Of a DNA stretch of 64,000 nt, positions 44,857 through 56,600 are shown in pieces. The stretch is from the NCBI GenBank assembly GCA_044892505.1, contig CM097882.1:183024001-183088000 (forward strand), written 5' to 3'. The position numbers and the translations under genes are program-made. The notes beneath the pieces are model-generated. The model did not search any database. It saw nothing but the letters and a program-made list of their open reading frames with translations, and was not told the origin of the DNA. Each line of letters begins with the position of its first letter. Within the stretch, counting starts at the first letter, position 1. This stretch comes from Schmidtea nova. Lineage: Eukaryota.

Positions 44857-46233
44857 ATGGACAGAGAAGAACGAATCATCGAAATTTTGAGATTAGAAAA
44901 CAGAAAATGGAGTAAGAGGCTCACATGCGGGAAGTGTAACAATTTATTACGAGAACCCAGACAAACGATATGTGGATGTAGAATATGTACAAAATGTATA
45001 CAAGAATTGGATGCAACAGGAATAACAACATGCCCAGAATGTAAAGAAGGAGGAATAGTGTTGGACGAAACCAGAACGGACAAAGCAACCCAAAGAGAAA
45101 TTATGAGCACCACAACGGAGTGCGTAAATACACCTTGTACATGGCAAGGACAAATAAGTAATCTAGAAAACCATATGGAAAAATGCGAAGAAAAGAGAGC
45201 CGAATGCGAGAAGTGCCAACAGACAATAATTCTAAAGAAGAGAGAACAACACAAGGAAGAATGTAAAGAAGAAGAAATCGCATGCGAGTATTGTGAAGCC
45301 CGAGAAACAAGGAGAAAAATCGAAGAGGAACACTTGAATATAACAGAGGAGAAAGTATGCAGACAATATGTAAGTAAATGTCCAAACAATTGCGAAATAA
45401 CAGAAGAAGTAAAGTTACATGAACATTGGAAAGTATGTACCGAAAGACCAAGAGAATGTCCATATAACAAACAGGGATGCAAAGAAAAGCGGACGCGGCA
45501 ATCAATGAAACAACACCTAGAAGAAGCAGCACTAACGCATGTGGAAATGTCAAACGAAACGACAAAAGGAACGGAACAGACAATCCAGAAATTAGAAAAA
45601 GAAGTAGAATCACATAAGATAATGATGAGTTTACTACTAGAAACAAGAGAGCAGTTTGAACTAACTCGCGAAAAAATGGAAAAGAAAATAATAGCCATAG
45701 AAGAATTAGGAAAAGGAATGAAAATACAATATAATCAATTAATACGAGAAATTGACGAAAGAAGGGACTTACCAATCGCACCTTACCTATGGAAAGTAAC
45801 AGATTTCAGAGACAAACTAGCAGAAGCCAGAAATATGACGAAAACAGCAGTAATAAGCCCACCATTTTATTTATGGAAAAACGGGGTTAAAATAAGATTG
45901 AAAGTATACCCAAATGGAGACGGAAGAGGACAAGGAACACACGTGTCAATATTCTTCTCACTATGTAAAGGAGAATACGATGACCTAATAGAATGGCCCT
46001 TGAAAGTAGGAGTCATTATAAGAATCAAAAGTATGGGAAAACCAGTAGAAAAGTTCTTTGAAACAGATAAACATACCAGTACGAGCGAAAAACCCACAAC
46101 AGAATGCGGACTAGCAGCAGGAGAACCAATGTTTATAAGGAAAGAAAACCTATGGGAGCGACTATATGCAGACACGCTATACATAGAGATGGAGAGGCAT
46201 GAGAAAACAGACAGAAAAGGATGGTTGGCGTAA
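44857..46233 (+). CDS. TRAF-family protein (RING, TRAF zinc fingers, coiled coil, MATH)
   Basis: RING CGKCNNLLREPRQTICGCRICTKC..CPEC; CVNTPCTWQGQISNLENHMEKC; MATH WKVTDF..ISPPFY..RLKVYPNGDGRGQGTHVSIFFSLCKGEYDDLIEWP. Confidence 0.95.
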   Translation: MDREERIIEILRLENRKWSKRLTCGKCNNLLREPRQTICGCRICTKCIQELDATGITTCPECKEGGIVLDETRTDKATQREIMSTTTECVNTPCTWQGQISNLENHMEKCEEKRAECEKCQQTIILKKREQHKEECKEEEIACEYCEARETRRKIEEEHLNITEEKVCRQYVSKCPNNCEITEEVKLHEHWKVCTERPRECPYNKQGCKEKRTRQSMKQHLEEAALTHVEMSNETTKGTEQTIQKLEKEVESHKIMMSLLLETREQFELTREKMEKKIIAIEELGKGMKIQYNQLIREIDERRDLPIAPYLWKVTDFRDKLAEARNMTKTAVISPPFYLWKNGVKIRLKVYPNGDGRGQGTHVSIFFSLCKGEYDDLIEWPLKVGVIIRIKSMGKPVEKFFETDKHTSTSEKPTTECGLAAGEPMFIRKENLWERLYADTLYIEMERHEKTDRKGWLA

Positions 46234-46346
46234 TGAAGGAAGTGACCATGTAAATAAAATGTATAGAAACAATATAAATTAACGAATAATCAAAAACAAT
46301 AAAAATAAAAAATGATTAAATATTCTTTTTATCTGTAATTATAGAA

Positions 46347-47408
46347 ATGGGAAATATAGAAGTAACCTTACAAGAAGTAACAGTACATCAAGACGAAATG
46401 ATCAGAAATCACATGGAGCGGATTGGGATATGGATTCATGCCTATTATCGAAAACAGGAGGAATTGGAAAGACAAACCCAAGCACTAAGAGAAGCCGAGA
46501 AAACGAATCAAAGAAGTCGAGAAAAAATAGAAGAAGTCTACAAACTACTAAGACAACAAAACGAATACTACAAAGAGATGATGAAAGAGCGACGAGAGGA
46601 TAGGGATAGACAACAAATAAAAACAGACCATAAGATTCAGTCAATCACAGAACAATCAAGATATTGGAAGAAAGAGGCAAAAGACTCTTATAAGGAAGCA
46701 AGGGAGATAATAGAACGAACAGCGTACAGCGATGATTGGAAACTGTTTAAAGAGATCGATGAATTAAAAGAGGAATTAGGGCAAAAGATCAGTCAAGAAG
46801 CGTCAAATAAAGTATGGAGTAAGAAAAGACAACAATTTATCAGAGAACAAGCCAAGAAAATAAAAGAATTAACTTATCAAGTACAAAGAATGGGAGAAGA
46901 TTTAGCCAATCAAGAACAATTAAAAGGTATGCTGACCGGAATGTGGAATCACAAAGAAGAAAACATGAAAAGAGATATAAATGGATATCAAGGAGTGATC
47001 ACCCAGAAGAAAATAGAATTAAAAAGAACTAAAGAAAGACTGGAAGAAACGAGGCAGAGTTATGAAGAGAACATAACAAATTTGACAAAAGAAAACGAAG
47101 AACTGAGAAAGAAGTTGGCAGAAAAACCAACGCCAATAAAAGAAACAAGTATCACAGCAGCAGTGACCGAAATGATGGAGAAAGAAGAGAGAGAGAAAAG
47201 ATTAATGGAACTAGAAAGACAAATTGAAACCCTTACAGAACAAGCAAACTATTTGGAATACTTGTTAGACGAAGAGATCCAAATATCCCACACATACCGA
47301 GAAGAAGTCGAAATGTGGAGGAGCACGGTAATATGGATGCCACTCCCCATAAATCAGGTGGAACCTCAAGACGAAGGTTTTCACGAACCCAACGAAACCC
47401 TTGTATAA
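46347..47408 (+). CDS. Long coiled-coil protein (353 aa)
   Basis: E/K/Q/R-rich heptads throughout; no other motif recognised; TTATAG|AA-ATG context. Confidence 0.75.
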   Translation: MGNIEVTLQEVTVHQDEMIRNHMERIGIWIHAYYRKQEELERQTQALREAEKTNQRSREKIEEVYKLLRQQNEYYKEMMKERREDRDRQQIKTDHKIQSITEQSRYWKKEAKDSYKEAREIIERTAYSDDWKLFKEIDELKEELGQKISQEASNKVWSKKRQQFIREQAKKIKELTYQVQRMGEDLANQEQLKGMLTGMWNHKEENMKRDINGYQGVITQKKIELKRTKERLEETRQSYEENITNLTKENEELRKKLAEKPTPIKETSITAAVTEMMEKEEREKRLMELERQIETLTEQANYLEYLLDEEIQISHTYREEVEMWRSTVIWMPLPINQVEPQDEGFHEPNETLV

Positions 47409-47483
47409 ATGTGCGGAAACCAAGTGTAAATAAATTATGTAAAATAAAAAGTGTCAAGCTGTATTGACCGATGTATAAAAGAG

Positions 47484-48053
47484 ATGAGAAAGCTCGCAAT
47501 AACAACACTCCTATGGTTAACAACCATTACCCTACAGAGAGAAGATCTACAACTAACCGAAACCCAATTACGAGTGCTACCCGACAAAATCTACCAGAAA
47601 GTAGACATACTAATCGAAGAAGTACTTAGAGAAATCAACGAATTCCGACAGAAATACCCTCACAATCAAGATCATCAAATCCAACAAATCTTCGATAACC
47701 AACAACTGAAACTAGAAGAAACCCGAAAAATTCTGAAAGAAGGTAGAGAACCCATAAAAAGCCTATCCCAAGCTGAAATAGAATATCAAGAGAAATGGAT
47801 CATAGCAATCATCATAATCCTAGCAGTCAGCACAACTATCATCGCAATCACAATCCTAATTGCCTCATATAGAATAAAAATCCTAAAACAAAAGCAGAAA
47901 ATCTACAACCAAACCTCCAGACGAGATAACCGATCTCAAAGACAAATAAGGAGCCATCTCAATCACATTCAAACCCACTACGAGCTACAAATGATCAACG
48001 AGAGGACCCGAACCCAACCCCAAGCGAGCCAGACGATCGAACAAATTGTATAA
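47484..48053 (+). CDS. Putative type-I membrane protein (signal peptide, helical ectodomain, TM, basic tail)
   Basis: The track start 47451 is GTG; ATG 47484 gives MRKLAITTLLWLTTITLQ. TM WIIAIIIILAVSTTIIAITILIASY followed by RIKILKQKQK. Confidence 0.7.
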   Translation: MRKLAITTLLWLTTITLQREDLQLTETQLRVLPDKIYQKVDILIEEVLREINEFRQKYPHNQDHQIQQIFDNQQLKLEETRKILKEGREPIKSLSQAEIEYQEKWIIAIIIILAVSTTIIAITILIASYRIKILKQKQKIYNQTSRRDNRSQRQIRSHLNHIQTHYELQMINERTRTQPQASQTIEQIV

Positions 48054-48226
48054 ATATTATGATAACTTATCGAACTATTGTGACAAATCATTACATTTTG
48101 ACTATTTAGTGACAAACCTTATGATATGTATAAATTCGATCACCCTATGTGATTTTTTCTTTGCATGTATAACTTTATAAAACTTTTTATGGATGATGAA
48201 AATAAGTAGTTATGTATAATTAATTG

Positions 48227-48256
48227 CGGGACGCAATTTTAGGGGTCCCCGGGTGA
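48227..48256 (+). promoter_or_regulatory. Atypical polypurine-tract region before the 3' LTR
   Basis: CGGGACGCAATTTTAGGGGTCCCCGGGTGA|TGTTGGG: the usual Gypsy CGGGAC..AATTTT plus G-tract layout, interrupted by a palindrome. Confidence 0.5.
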
Positions 48257-51200
48257 TGTTGGGCCCGCCAAATCACCTAAAAAACACAAGGAACGAACAA
48301 AAGCATGAAACAATAAAGAAATAATAAAAATAAAAATAGCAAGAAAAACAAATTAAAAATAACAATAAAACGACAAATAATAATTAATAAATTTTCAGTA
48401 AAAGGAAATTTTGAAATAAACCGGTAAACAACCGCAAAGGGGGGCCTGAAATAAGAAAAAATAGAATTAAATAAAATAATAGTGCAAATAATTAATTAAT
48501 TACTTGGAAAATCAGGACCACCCAGCGAGAAACCGGAAAAGGAAACAAAATAATGTTTAGATTAGATTAAAATAATAAAAATACTTTGAAGGACGGTCTG
48601 ATCCTGATTGGTCAATCCAACCAGACGGATCAGTATAAATACCGATCCAAAAATCACAGACTTAGACGTTTACTTTTCACTCACAATCAAGACTAAACTT
48701 TGATTTGAGTAAATTTTTGAAAAAACCGAATTTCATGCAAGGAACCACACATTCAAGTACGGAAGTAATTTTTTATGTTATCTTATATGATGTACCCATG
48801 ATTTTTATTTAATTAAAATCTTATATGTAAACGTTATTTGATCTTATTTTTCCTTTTTGATATTTTAATGCATATAGTTATACTTCCTATGCTGCTCACG
48901 CGGCGAGGGAGTCCGAGTCGTCGTTGTGGGGCCTCACGGTCTCACATGGCGGTTCAACCTTTTTATTGTTTTGGTTTTCATATTTAATTTGGTAGTTGAA
49001 ATAATTAAATTACATCATTCGAATTTAACTAGATATTTATCAGCGAGATTAGAGAATTTTAATGCTTATTTAGTCGAGTAAAATTTTCAGTCACGAAATA
49101 TCGATAATGCGAATACGTCCAGACAGTTTTCTGGCAATAAGTAAAAAAGTCATCATTTGGTTGTACAGGGGACGTAGCGCAGCGGGCGGTAGAGAAGGTC
49201 TAAGGAGATACCAAGAGGGGGTAAAGTACCCGATAGGTGTCAGGTACCCGAGACAAATGGGTTGACACGCTGAGGTTAAATTTGAGGACGAGAGAGCAGG
49301 TATAGCATGACAAGTTATAAAAACTTTCCAAGTAAATCGATCAAACTGATGAATTTCAATTGAGGTCAAGGTACAGGATATCGCAACTGCATGACAGAGA
49401 TTAGTAAGACTGAAAATCATAAATTCTAAAAATACTTTAAATTCCAGTCTAATAAAACTAAAAATCTGTAATTCTAAAAATACTTTTATGCCGATCGCTG
49501 TACATAGCGCGGTAGCTCAAAATAATCTTATCCTGATCGTCGTACATGGCGCAGGGAAACAAATATCTTATCCGACCGTGGTATATCGCGGTGATGGTTT
49601 AAAAATGAGATGGTATTAACTAAAAGGATTGAGATTAAATAGAATTTACATTTAACTCTTTATTAAATAAAATGACAGATGCTGACATCGTTGAACGAAA
49701 GATTAACGCGGATTCGGAACTCAGGAAAGGAGGACAGGGCGAATGAATGGGCAAATCAGCTCAAGGAGTTGCCCCAGCCAATTCTGCGGACCATTAATGC
49801 CCAAGCATACAAGTGGCGGCAAGGGTTTGGTCGAAAGTGCCCGTTTTCCATCTGGGACGGAGGAAACGATATAATACTCTATCGAGGAGGACCGAACTGG
49901 CCGATTTCTCAAAGGCCGTACTCAAACAAATTTGGCCGACTTGTCGTACTGATCAAGGACACAGATGGACGGACAAGCCGTGTAATTTATTGGGGGCATA
50001 TCCCTCGTCGGGAACTATGCCAACTAGGTCTACACGAATTCCTACCGCGAAAACCGTTCGGCAAGGAGTGCCAGAAGGGACAACCCTCATTCTCTTGGGC
50101 TCGTCTTCGTCAGAAACCGATTAACAGCGAATTGCATAGTTTGTTTCGGAGATGAAAACTGATTAACAAATGTTGAAATTGTGTTAAAATATTAGAGTTC
50201 ATTAGTGCATTTTTGTTTTGTTGTTTTGAGTTTTGGTTTTGTGTTTTTAATAGTTCGTATTGTAACCTAATAATCCTATAATCAAATTTTAATTTTTCAC
50301 ATAATTTAATCATAAAGTAAATATCCTAAATAAATTATAGAATGACCACCGATTTGATACAGAGAGAATTGGAAAAGATGTGGCGGATCCGGAGAGCCCA
50401 GGACAAAGAATTGGGTCTCCTCAAGGCACAATTGATCAAAGCAGAGGCACAGATCGCATACTTGCGCAAAAGCTGGTTTGCTCCGGCCCGAATGAAGGAG
50501 CAAATCAGTAAAACCGAGCGCGCCCAACAGACTGCAGCCGATTACCAAATGGAATGGGAGGCCACAAGGATAGAACTCCGAAAATGCCTCCATTCCGTAA
50601 CTGCCTCATATATTGAGAAAGAGCTCAGAGAGCAAATCCGTCCGGTTACGTACCAAGCGTGGACATCAGAAAAGAAGACGGTAAATTCGATTGGCACGGA
50701 TGTCGCCGATCTAATCGAAAGTCGGAATGAGACAGCTCCTGCAGCAAATGCAACCACCTCATCGGCGAATGCGCACCAGAAACGCAAGCGCATTGGGCAG
50801 AAACGGCGAAGACAGAGGAAATTATTTGCCCAGCAATTACAAAGCCAAGTAGATGGTCTACATCAGATGACCGAGGAGGCATTATTGACGGAGATTTTCC
50901 CTCCGGCTGGAGTTTTTTTCGGAATTGATGAAAACTTAAATAAAATTTTCGTGTTAATTTAAAATTGTTATCGTTCTTTTAAATGGATTTAATTAACTTT
51001 ACAAATGATTAGATAAAGATAGAATAAAAGTATAAACTCATTTTACAAAATACCTAATAGAGATAAATAAATAATTAAACGAGCATTTGTTGAAATACTT
51101 CTTGCAGAATGAGAGAGGTTAAAGATAAATTTACTGAAAGATATTGCGGAACACCCAAATAGATGATTAAAGCATAAGTCCTTCTAACGGCAGCGATGAA

Positions 51201-51408
51201 CCCGTAAACATAAATGGGGAGTAGTACTAGCGATAGTGCTCACCTGCCCATCATTGTTTAACCACCCTGCGCATCACCAACTTGGTTATACAGGGAAATA
51301 ATCAAGGGCGCTTGAGTGTAGAATTGCAATTTTGTGCATGATCATGGATGAGGGAATCCCTAGTCATTGTTAGAGCATTTTTCATCTAACCCCTCCATGA
51401 ACCCAGCA
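48257..51408 (+). repeat. 3' LTR (3152 bp)
   Basis: Colinear copy of 21631-24782, followed by TSD ATAG. Confidence 0.97.
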
Positions 51409-51867
51409 ATAGTCAATGTGTTTTACAAGTTTGAAGTAAATTCTCCCGAACAGTTCATCTTATGCTTTCATTGTGACTTCCATTTTCGGCCTCATACTCG
51501 ACCAAGATGTGAAAGTATGGATGGAGGAGTATCCGCAAAGTTTTTATAATAAAATATTTTATCTTAAAAAGCAGTTTTATTTTTTTAAAGTTCAAATTAA
51601 AAGCTTCTTTAAATAGTAGGAACAAATTTTATATATAAATATACTGCATAAAAGAGATAGATGCTCTTAGAGTATGAAAAGATGGCAGAAAAGTGTTTTT
51701 ACGATTGTTCATAAAGATTTAGATGTTGAACATGTCGAAATTATCAAAGATAATTAAGAAATTATGTAAATAATTTAATTAATTGCTTTATAATCTGCAT
51801 GTTTGTGTAATAGAAGTACTGTAAAATACACTATTATATTAATAAAACGAAATTCACCCAGTATAAT

Positions 51868-52330
51868 CAGCGCCGTAATATCACAAGTGCAACAAGTGCA
51901 ATGGTACTGGGCCCCCTATCTTTGAGGGGCCCCCAAATATTAAATACATTGGAAAAACTTCCCCATTAGCAAAAATATATTTTAGAAGATAATTATACTA
52001 TTATGGAGAATTTGGAATACATTTTAGAAAGAAGTTTGGAAGAATTAGATCCAAATGTATGTATCATATATCGAATAATTTTAACAGTACCCATTTTACC
52101 TTTGCTCATTGTGAACAATTGTTTTCAAAACTAAAATTAATTGAAAATTATCTACGGTCTACAATGTCACAGGAAAGACTTCCTGGATTGGCAATACTGC
52201 CGATTGGAAATGCAACAGCCAGAGCAATTGATTACAATGATATAATTAATGAATTTGCCAGCAAAAAAGCTAGAAAAATTACTTTATAATTGCTTTGTAT
52301 TATTTTTTTAAATAAAATCAATAAAAAATT
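51868..52330 (+). mobile_element. Internally deleted hAT element
   Basis: CAGCGCCGTA...GGGCCCC..GGGGCCCCC terminal region at 51868, and a hAT dimerization remnant (CEQLFSKLKLIENYLRSTMSQERLPGLAIL) at 52059-52289. Confidence 0.7.
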
Positions 52331-52841
52331 AATTCAAATTAAAAAAAAAATTTTTAGTTTCTGCACTTTTACTATCAGACTATAAACAGATAGTCAAAAA
52401 GCTTCTTTCTCGAATATTTTCATCCAGTAGCAGAATCTAGGTAAAAAACTTCTTTTGTGTCGCTTTTTATGATTGGAGGTTTATTTCGAAAATATATAAC
52501 ACACACATATATTTATAAGTATTACTGTATAAGTATTACATTTTCAATGACTGTTTTAATTTTTAGATTGATTTCAAACATACATGAATCACCACAATAA
52601 TTACTTGCATACCTAATTTTCATCAAGATTTCAATGACAGTTTTCATGGAAGCAGAACCTTAAGTAGCAGAACCCACTTTTTGATGATTTTGGAGTTTAA
52701 ATTCTTCCACTCGAATATACATTTTATAAACAAACGCAAGAAGTAAACACGGAAAAGCACAAACAAAACAAATTAACAAGAAAACTTCATAAAAAAATAA
52801 TAAATAAACTACTGATTTATACTAAATAATGATTTTAACGA

Positions 52842-53362
52842 TTAAACTTATTTATTGTTTTTAATAAGTGAGTATTTATTTATTTTTCGTAATTTTAATT
52901 TTATAAATCGATTTAGTTATTTTCTAAAATATTTATTTTTAATTCCGTTAAATGATGTATGTTGTTTTTGTTCAAACATTGATTGATTAAAACAATCAAT
53001 TTTTTATTCTATTTTCCTTCTTATCTCTGTTATTTTTACAATATTTCAATGGGGATTTTTTTCTATAATTTTTAATAAATTATTTTCTTTATTCTGATAC
53101 CAATTTTATTCTTTGATCATGTTTTTCATATTAACTAAACAAGTAATGATCTTCCCCATTCGATTCTCGTGCGGTCTTTCGTGTGTAAATGCAACCTGCA
53201 CTCAAATTGTGGGCTCTCTTTTGAGAGGCCTCTTTTATATAGTTTGAACTATATGGAATTCGTATGACTACTATTCGTATGACTACTATTCGTATGACTA
53301 CTATTTAATCTTAAATGTTTCAATTTTTTATGTTATTTTACTGCTTAATGCTTTATTGTGCG
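52842..53362. repeat. Second copy of the dispersed repeat, split by the 5-kb Gypsy (continues at 58393-58490)
   Basis: Colinear with 1015-1615; includes CGTATGACTACTATT three times. Confidence 0.75.
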
Positions 53363-53667
53363 TATTAGCAGCAACGATCTCAAATTCGTTTTCGGCATCC
53401 ATTAAAAATTAAATCAGCAACAAAATTTATTAAATTTAAAACTTCGCTTTTTTTTCCAAATATTTAAACAAAAACTTGAAGGCTATTCTTCTGTAATTCT
53501 GATATTGATTCAAATGCTGGATAATTTTTAAATAAGAATTAACATATATTTTAAGATTAATTTAATTAATTAATTTAAGATGTTTAAATAAAAATTTATG
53601 AAATCTGACAAATACAATTTAAATGTTTATTAGCAATTTTAATTTAAACGTGAATTCTACCCTTTCA
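53363..53667 (-). repeat. 3' LTR of the compact Gypsy
   Basis: Direct repeat of 58088-58392, preceded by the PPT. Confidence 0.93.
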
Positions 53668-56600
53668 TCCCCCTTCTTTAAATTCTTTAATCTTTTCAAT
53701 ATTCCTGATTAAAGACTTTTCATATTTATCTCTCAGCTCATAACTACGATCGTGTATTCGTCTTGTTACCGTGTATGGTCCTTCATACCTATCTTGATCC
53801 TTGTTTCGTATTTCTCGTTTGATTAACACTTTTTCTCCCACTTCCAACTTCCTTGCAGTTGGTGTTTCGTCATTTAGTCTTTTACTTTCAATTTTCAATG
53901 CTATTTCTTTTCGGTTGATTCTACTATCACTATACCATTTCGATCTATCAATTCTCCTACCAAAAACAATTTCAGCTGGACTTACTCCTGTTGTTTTTTG
54001 GATTGTTGCGTTGAGTGTATATTCTATATCTGGAATAAGATCTGCCCAGTCTTTTGCATTTCCGTCTTTCAGCGATGCATTAATAAAATCTCTTATTGTC
54101 CGGAATTGTCTTTCGATTATACCATTCGTATTATGATGATATGGACTCGAATACACTATTTCGATCCCTGCTTTCTTGCTTATGTTCTTTATGCTATTCG
54201 CTTCGAATGTTTTCCCGCAATCTACATGTAGTTCCTTGGGTGCCCCAAACTTTAGAATCCAATTGTTTAACAATATCTTCCCAATTGTCTCTTCATCCTG
54301 TTTATTTATTGCTGTTAGCAAAATGTATTTACTGTAATGGTCGATTATTGCGCAAATGTATCTTTTCCTGTTAAATGTTTCTTTCATTGGGCCACAGATG
54401 TCCATATATATTTTCTCGAAAGGTTCTGATGCTTCAAGTACTTTTGGTTTCTCTTTCATCTTTGTAGTTACAACTTTAACTTTTTGGCACGATTCGCAGT
54501 TTGATATTGTTGTTCTTACCTCATTTATTAAATCTCTCATATCAAAATTGTTTTGGATGTATTTGATAACTTTATCAACTCCGGCATGACATAATAATAA
54601 ATGTGTTTTCTTAATCATTTCTCTTCTTTTACTTTCTGGTATCCATATTCTTTTTTCTTTGGTGTAAATAATGTTATCTTCTATTATAAACCTTTTACTT
54701 GGTTGAGTTCTTATTTTATTTTTAATGTCCTCTATTTCTTCACTATTTCTTTGCCATTCTTCTCCTTTCCCTTCAGTCATTATATTTAACAATCTGGTTT
54801 TCATTCTTCCTATTTTAGGATTATCGTGATCCATAAGACATTGCACACATGTGCCACACGTTTTCCTCGATAGCATGTCTGCGTTAGCGTGTAATGTGCC
54901 TTTTCTAAATTCCATTTTTATATCAAGGCTGCTTAAATAGTTTATCCAGGTCTGGAATTGAGCTGTAATTGGCTTCTTTGTTGTTAGCATAAATGTTATT
55001 GCCTTATGATCTGTACGTAGTGTGAATCTTTTTCCATATAAATAGTGGTTGAAATGTCGACAAAAATAGTATATAGCCAAAAGTTCTTTTCTTGTAATAC
55101 AATAACCCTTTTCGTGATCATTCATCGCATGTGATCCATATGCGATAACTTGCTCATATCCCCTGTCATCCTTCTGTGATAAGACTGCGCCAATCGTATC
55201 AAAACTTGCGTCCGTATCCAATATGAATTCTTTCTTAAAATCCGGAAATACCAAGATCGGTGCGGTTATCAATGCCAATTTCATATTCTCAAAAGCCTGC
55301 TCACAATTTTCATTCCAAATTATTTTGTCGCTATTTTTACCACATATACTCTCTAAAGCTCTTGACTTCTTTGCGTAGTCTTTAATAAATCTTCGATAAT
55401 AGTTGCAAATTCCCAAGAAACTTCTTAAATTTTTCAAACATTTTGGCCTTTGGAATGATTGAATAGCTTCAATTTTGCTTTGATCAGTTTGAATGCCGCC
55501 TTTATTTATAATATGGCCTAAGAATTTCACTTCACTTTTCAGTATTTGACATTTTTCTGGGTTAATTCTTAGTTTAGCATCCGCAATTTTCTGCAATACT
55601 CTTTCCAGCAGTTTATAGTGTTCTTCCATTGTATTCGTAAAAATTAATATATCGTCCAAATAAACCATTACTCCGTCTTTCCATAAATCTTTTAATATCT
55701 TCGTCATGAGCTCTTGAAAAGTGCCTGGTGCTGCTGCGATACCAAATGGCATTCGATTAAAACAGAATTGTCCCTCTTTCGTTGAAAAAGCTGTTTTCTC
55801 CTGTGATTCTCTATCCAATCTTACCTGATAGTATGCATTTCCAAGGTCAATGGAACTAAAATATCTAGTTCCATGCAAAGCATCTAAGATCTCCTCGACA
55901 TTGGGCATCGGGAACGCTTGCCTTTCAGTAATTTGGTTAAGTTGTCTAAAGTCCAAACAAAGTCTGATATCCTTCTTTTCTTTTTTCCAAACGCACACTA
56001 ATGGGGTGTTCCAAGGTGAATTACACTTCCTTATAATATTATTATCCTCCAGATTTTTAATGGCCATGTTTATTTTCTCTTCCAAGTTTATAGGCTGCCT
56101 TCTTGGCTTTATCATTATTGGTCCACCAGTTGTTTCAATTTTATGTTCAATTAAATCAGTGCATCCAATATCCCACTTGTCAGCCATGAAAACACATTTA
56201 TTTCTCTTGATAATTTCTAAAAGGAATTTATCTTCTTTTACTTTCAACTTCTCTATCGCATATTGGAATCTTTCTTCATTTGTAATATTCCTCCCAAATT
56301 TAGCATCAATTTCACATATACGTTCGTTATATATTATTTCATCCTCTTGAATCCATCTTAATTCAATACCGAATTGTTTCTGTAATTCTACACCTCCAAT
56401 AACATCTGGGACAATGTTTTGGACTACAGTAAAGGTCACTATTTTTGTTAGTTTCCCTATCTTTACATCAATTTGAATTTTACCGATAGTCTCCAATTTA
56501 CTGTCATTTGCACACCTTAGCATTTCATCTGTTTTTATTATCTCGACTTTGTCCAGTTTATCCAGTACCGCTTTAGACATAACATTAATTCGTGCTCCTG

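Larger units (their letters stand above)
21631..51408 (+). mobile_element. Full-length giant (29,778 bp) Ty3/Gypsy LTR retroelement with envelope and cargo genes (Burro-like in size)
   Basis: Paired 3152-bp LTRs at a constant offset of 26626. 4-bp TSD ATAG at 21627-21630 and 51409-51412; PBS; domain order PR-RT-RH-IN; long intact ORFs. Confidence 0.97.

Noticed and set aside
27224-47523. Many minus-strand ORFs opposite the giant element's genes (e.g. 39326-40102, 42374-43156, 44634-45698)
   Set aside because: Shadow frames of an extremely A-rich sense strand, giving F/L/S/I-rich low-complexity peptides without motifs.
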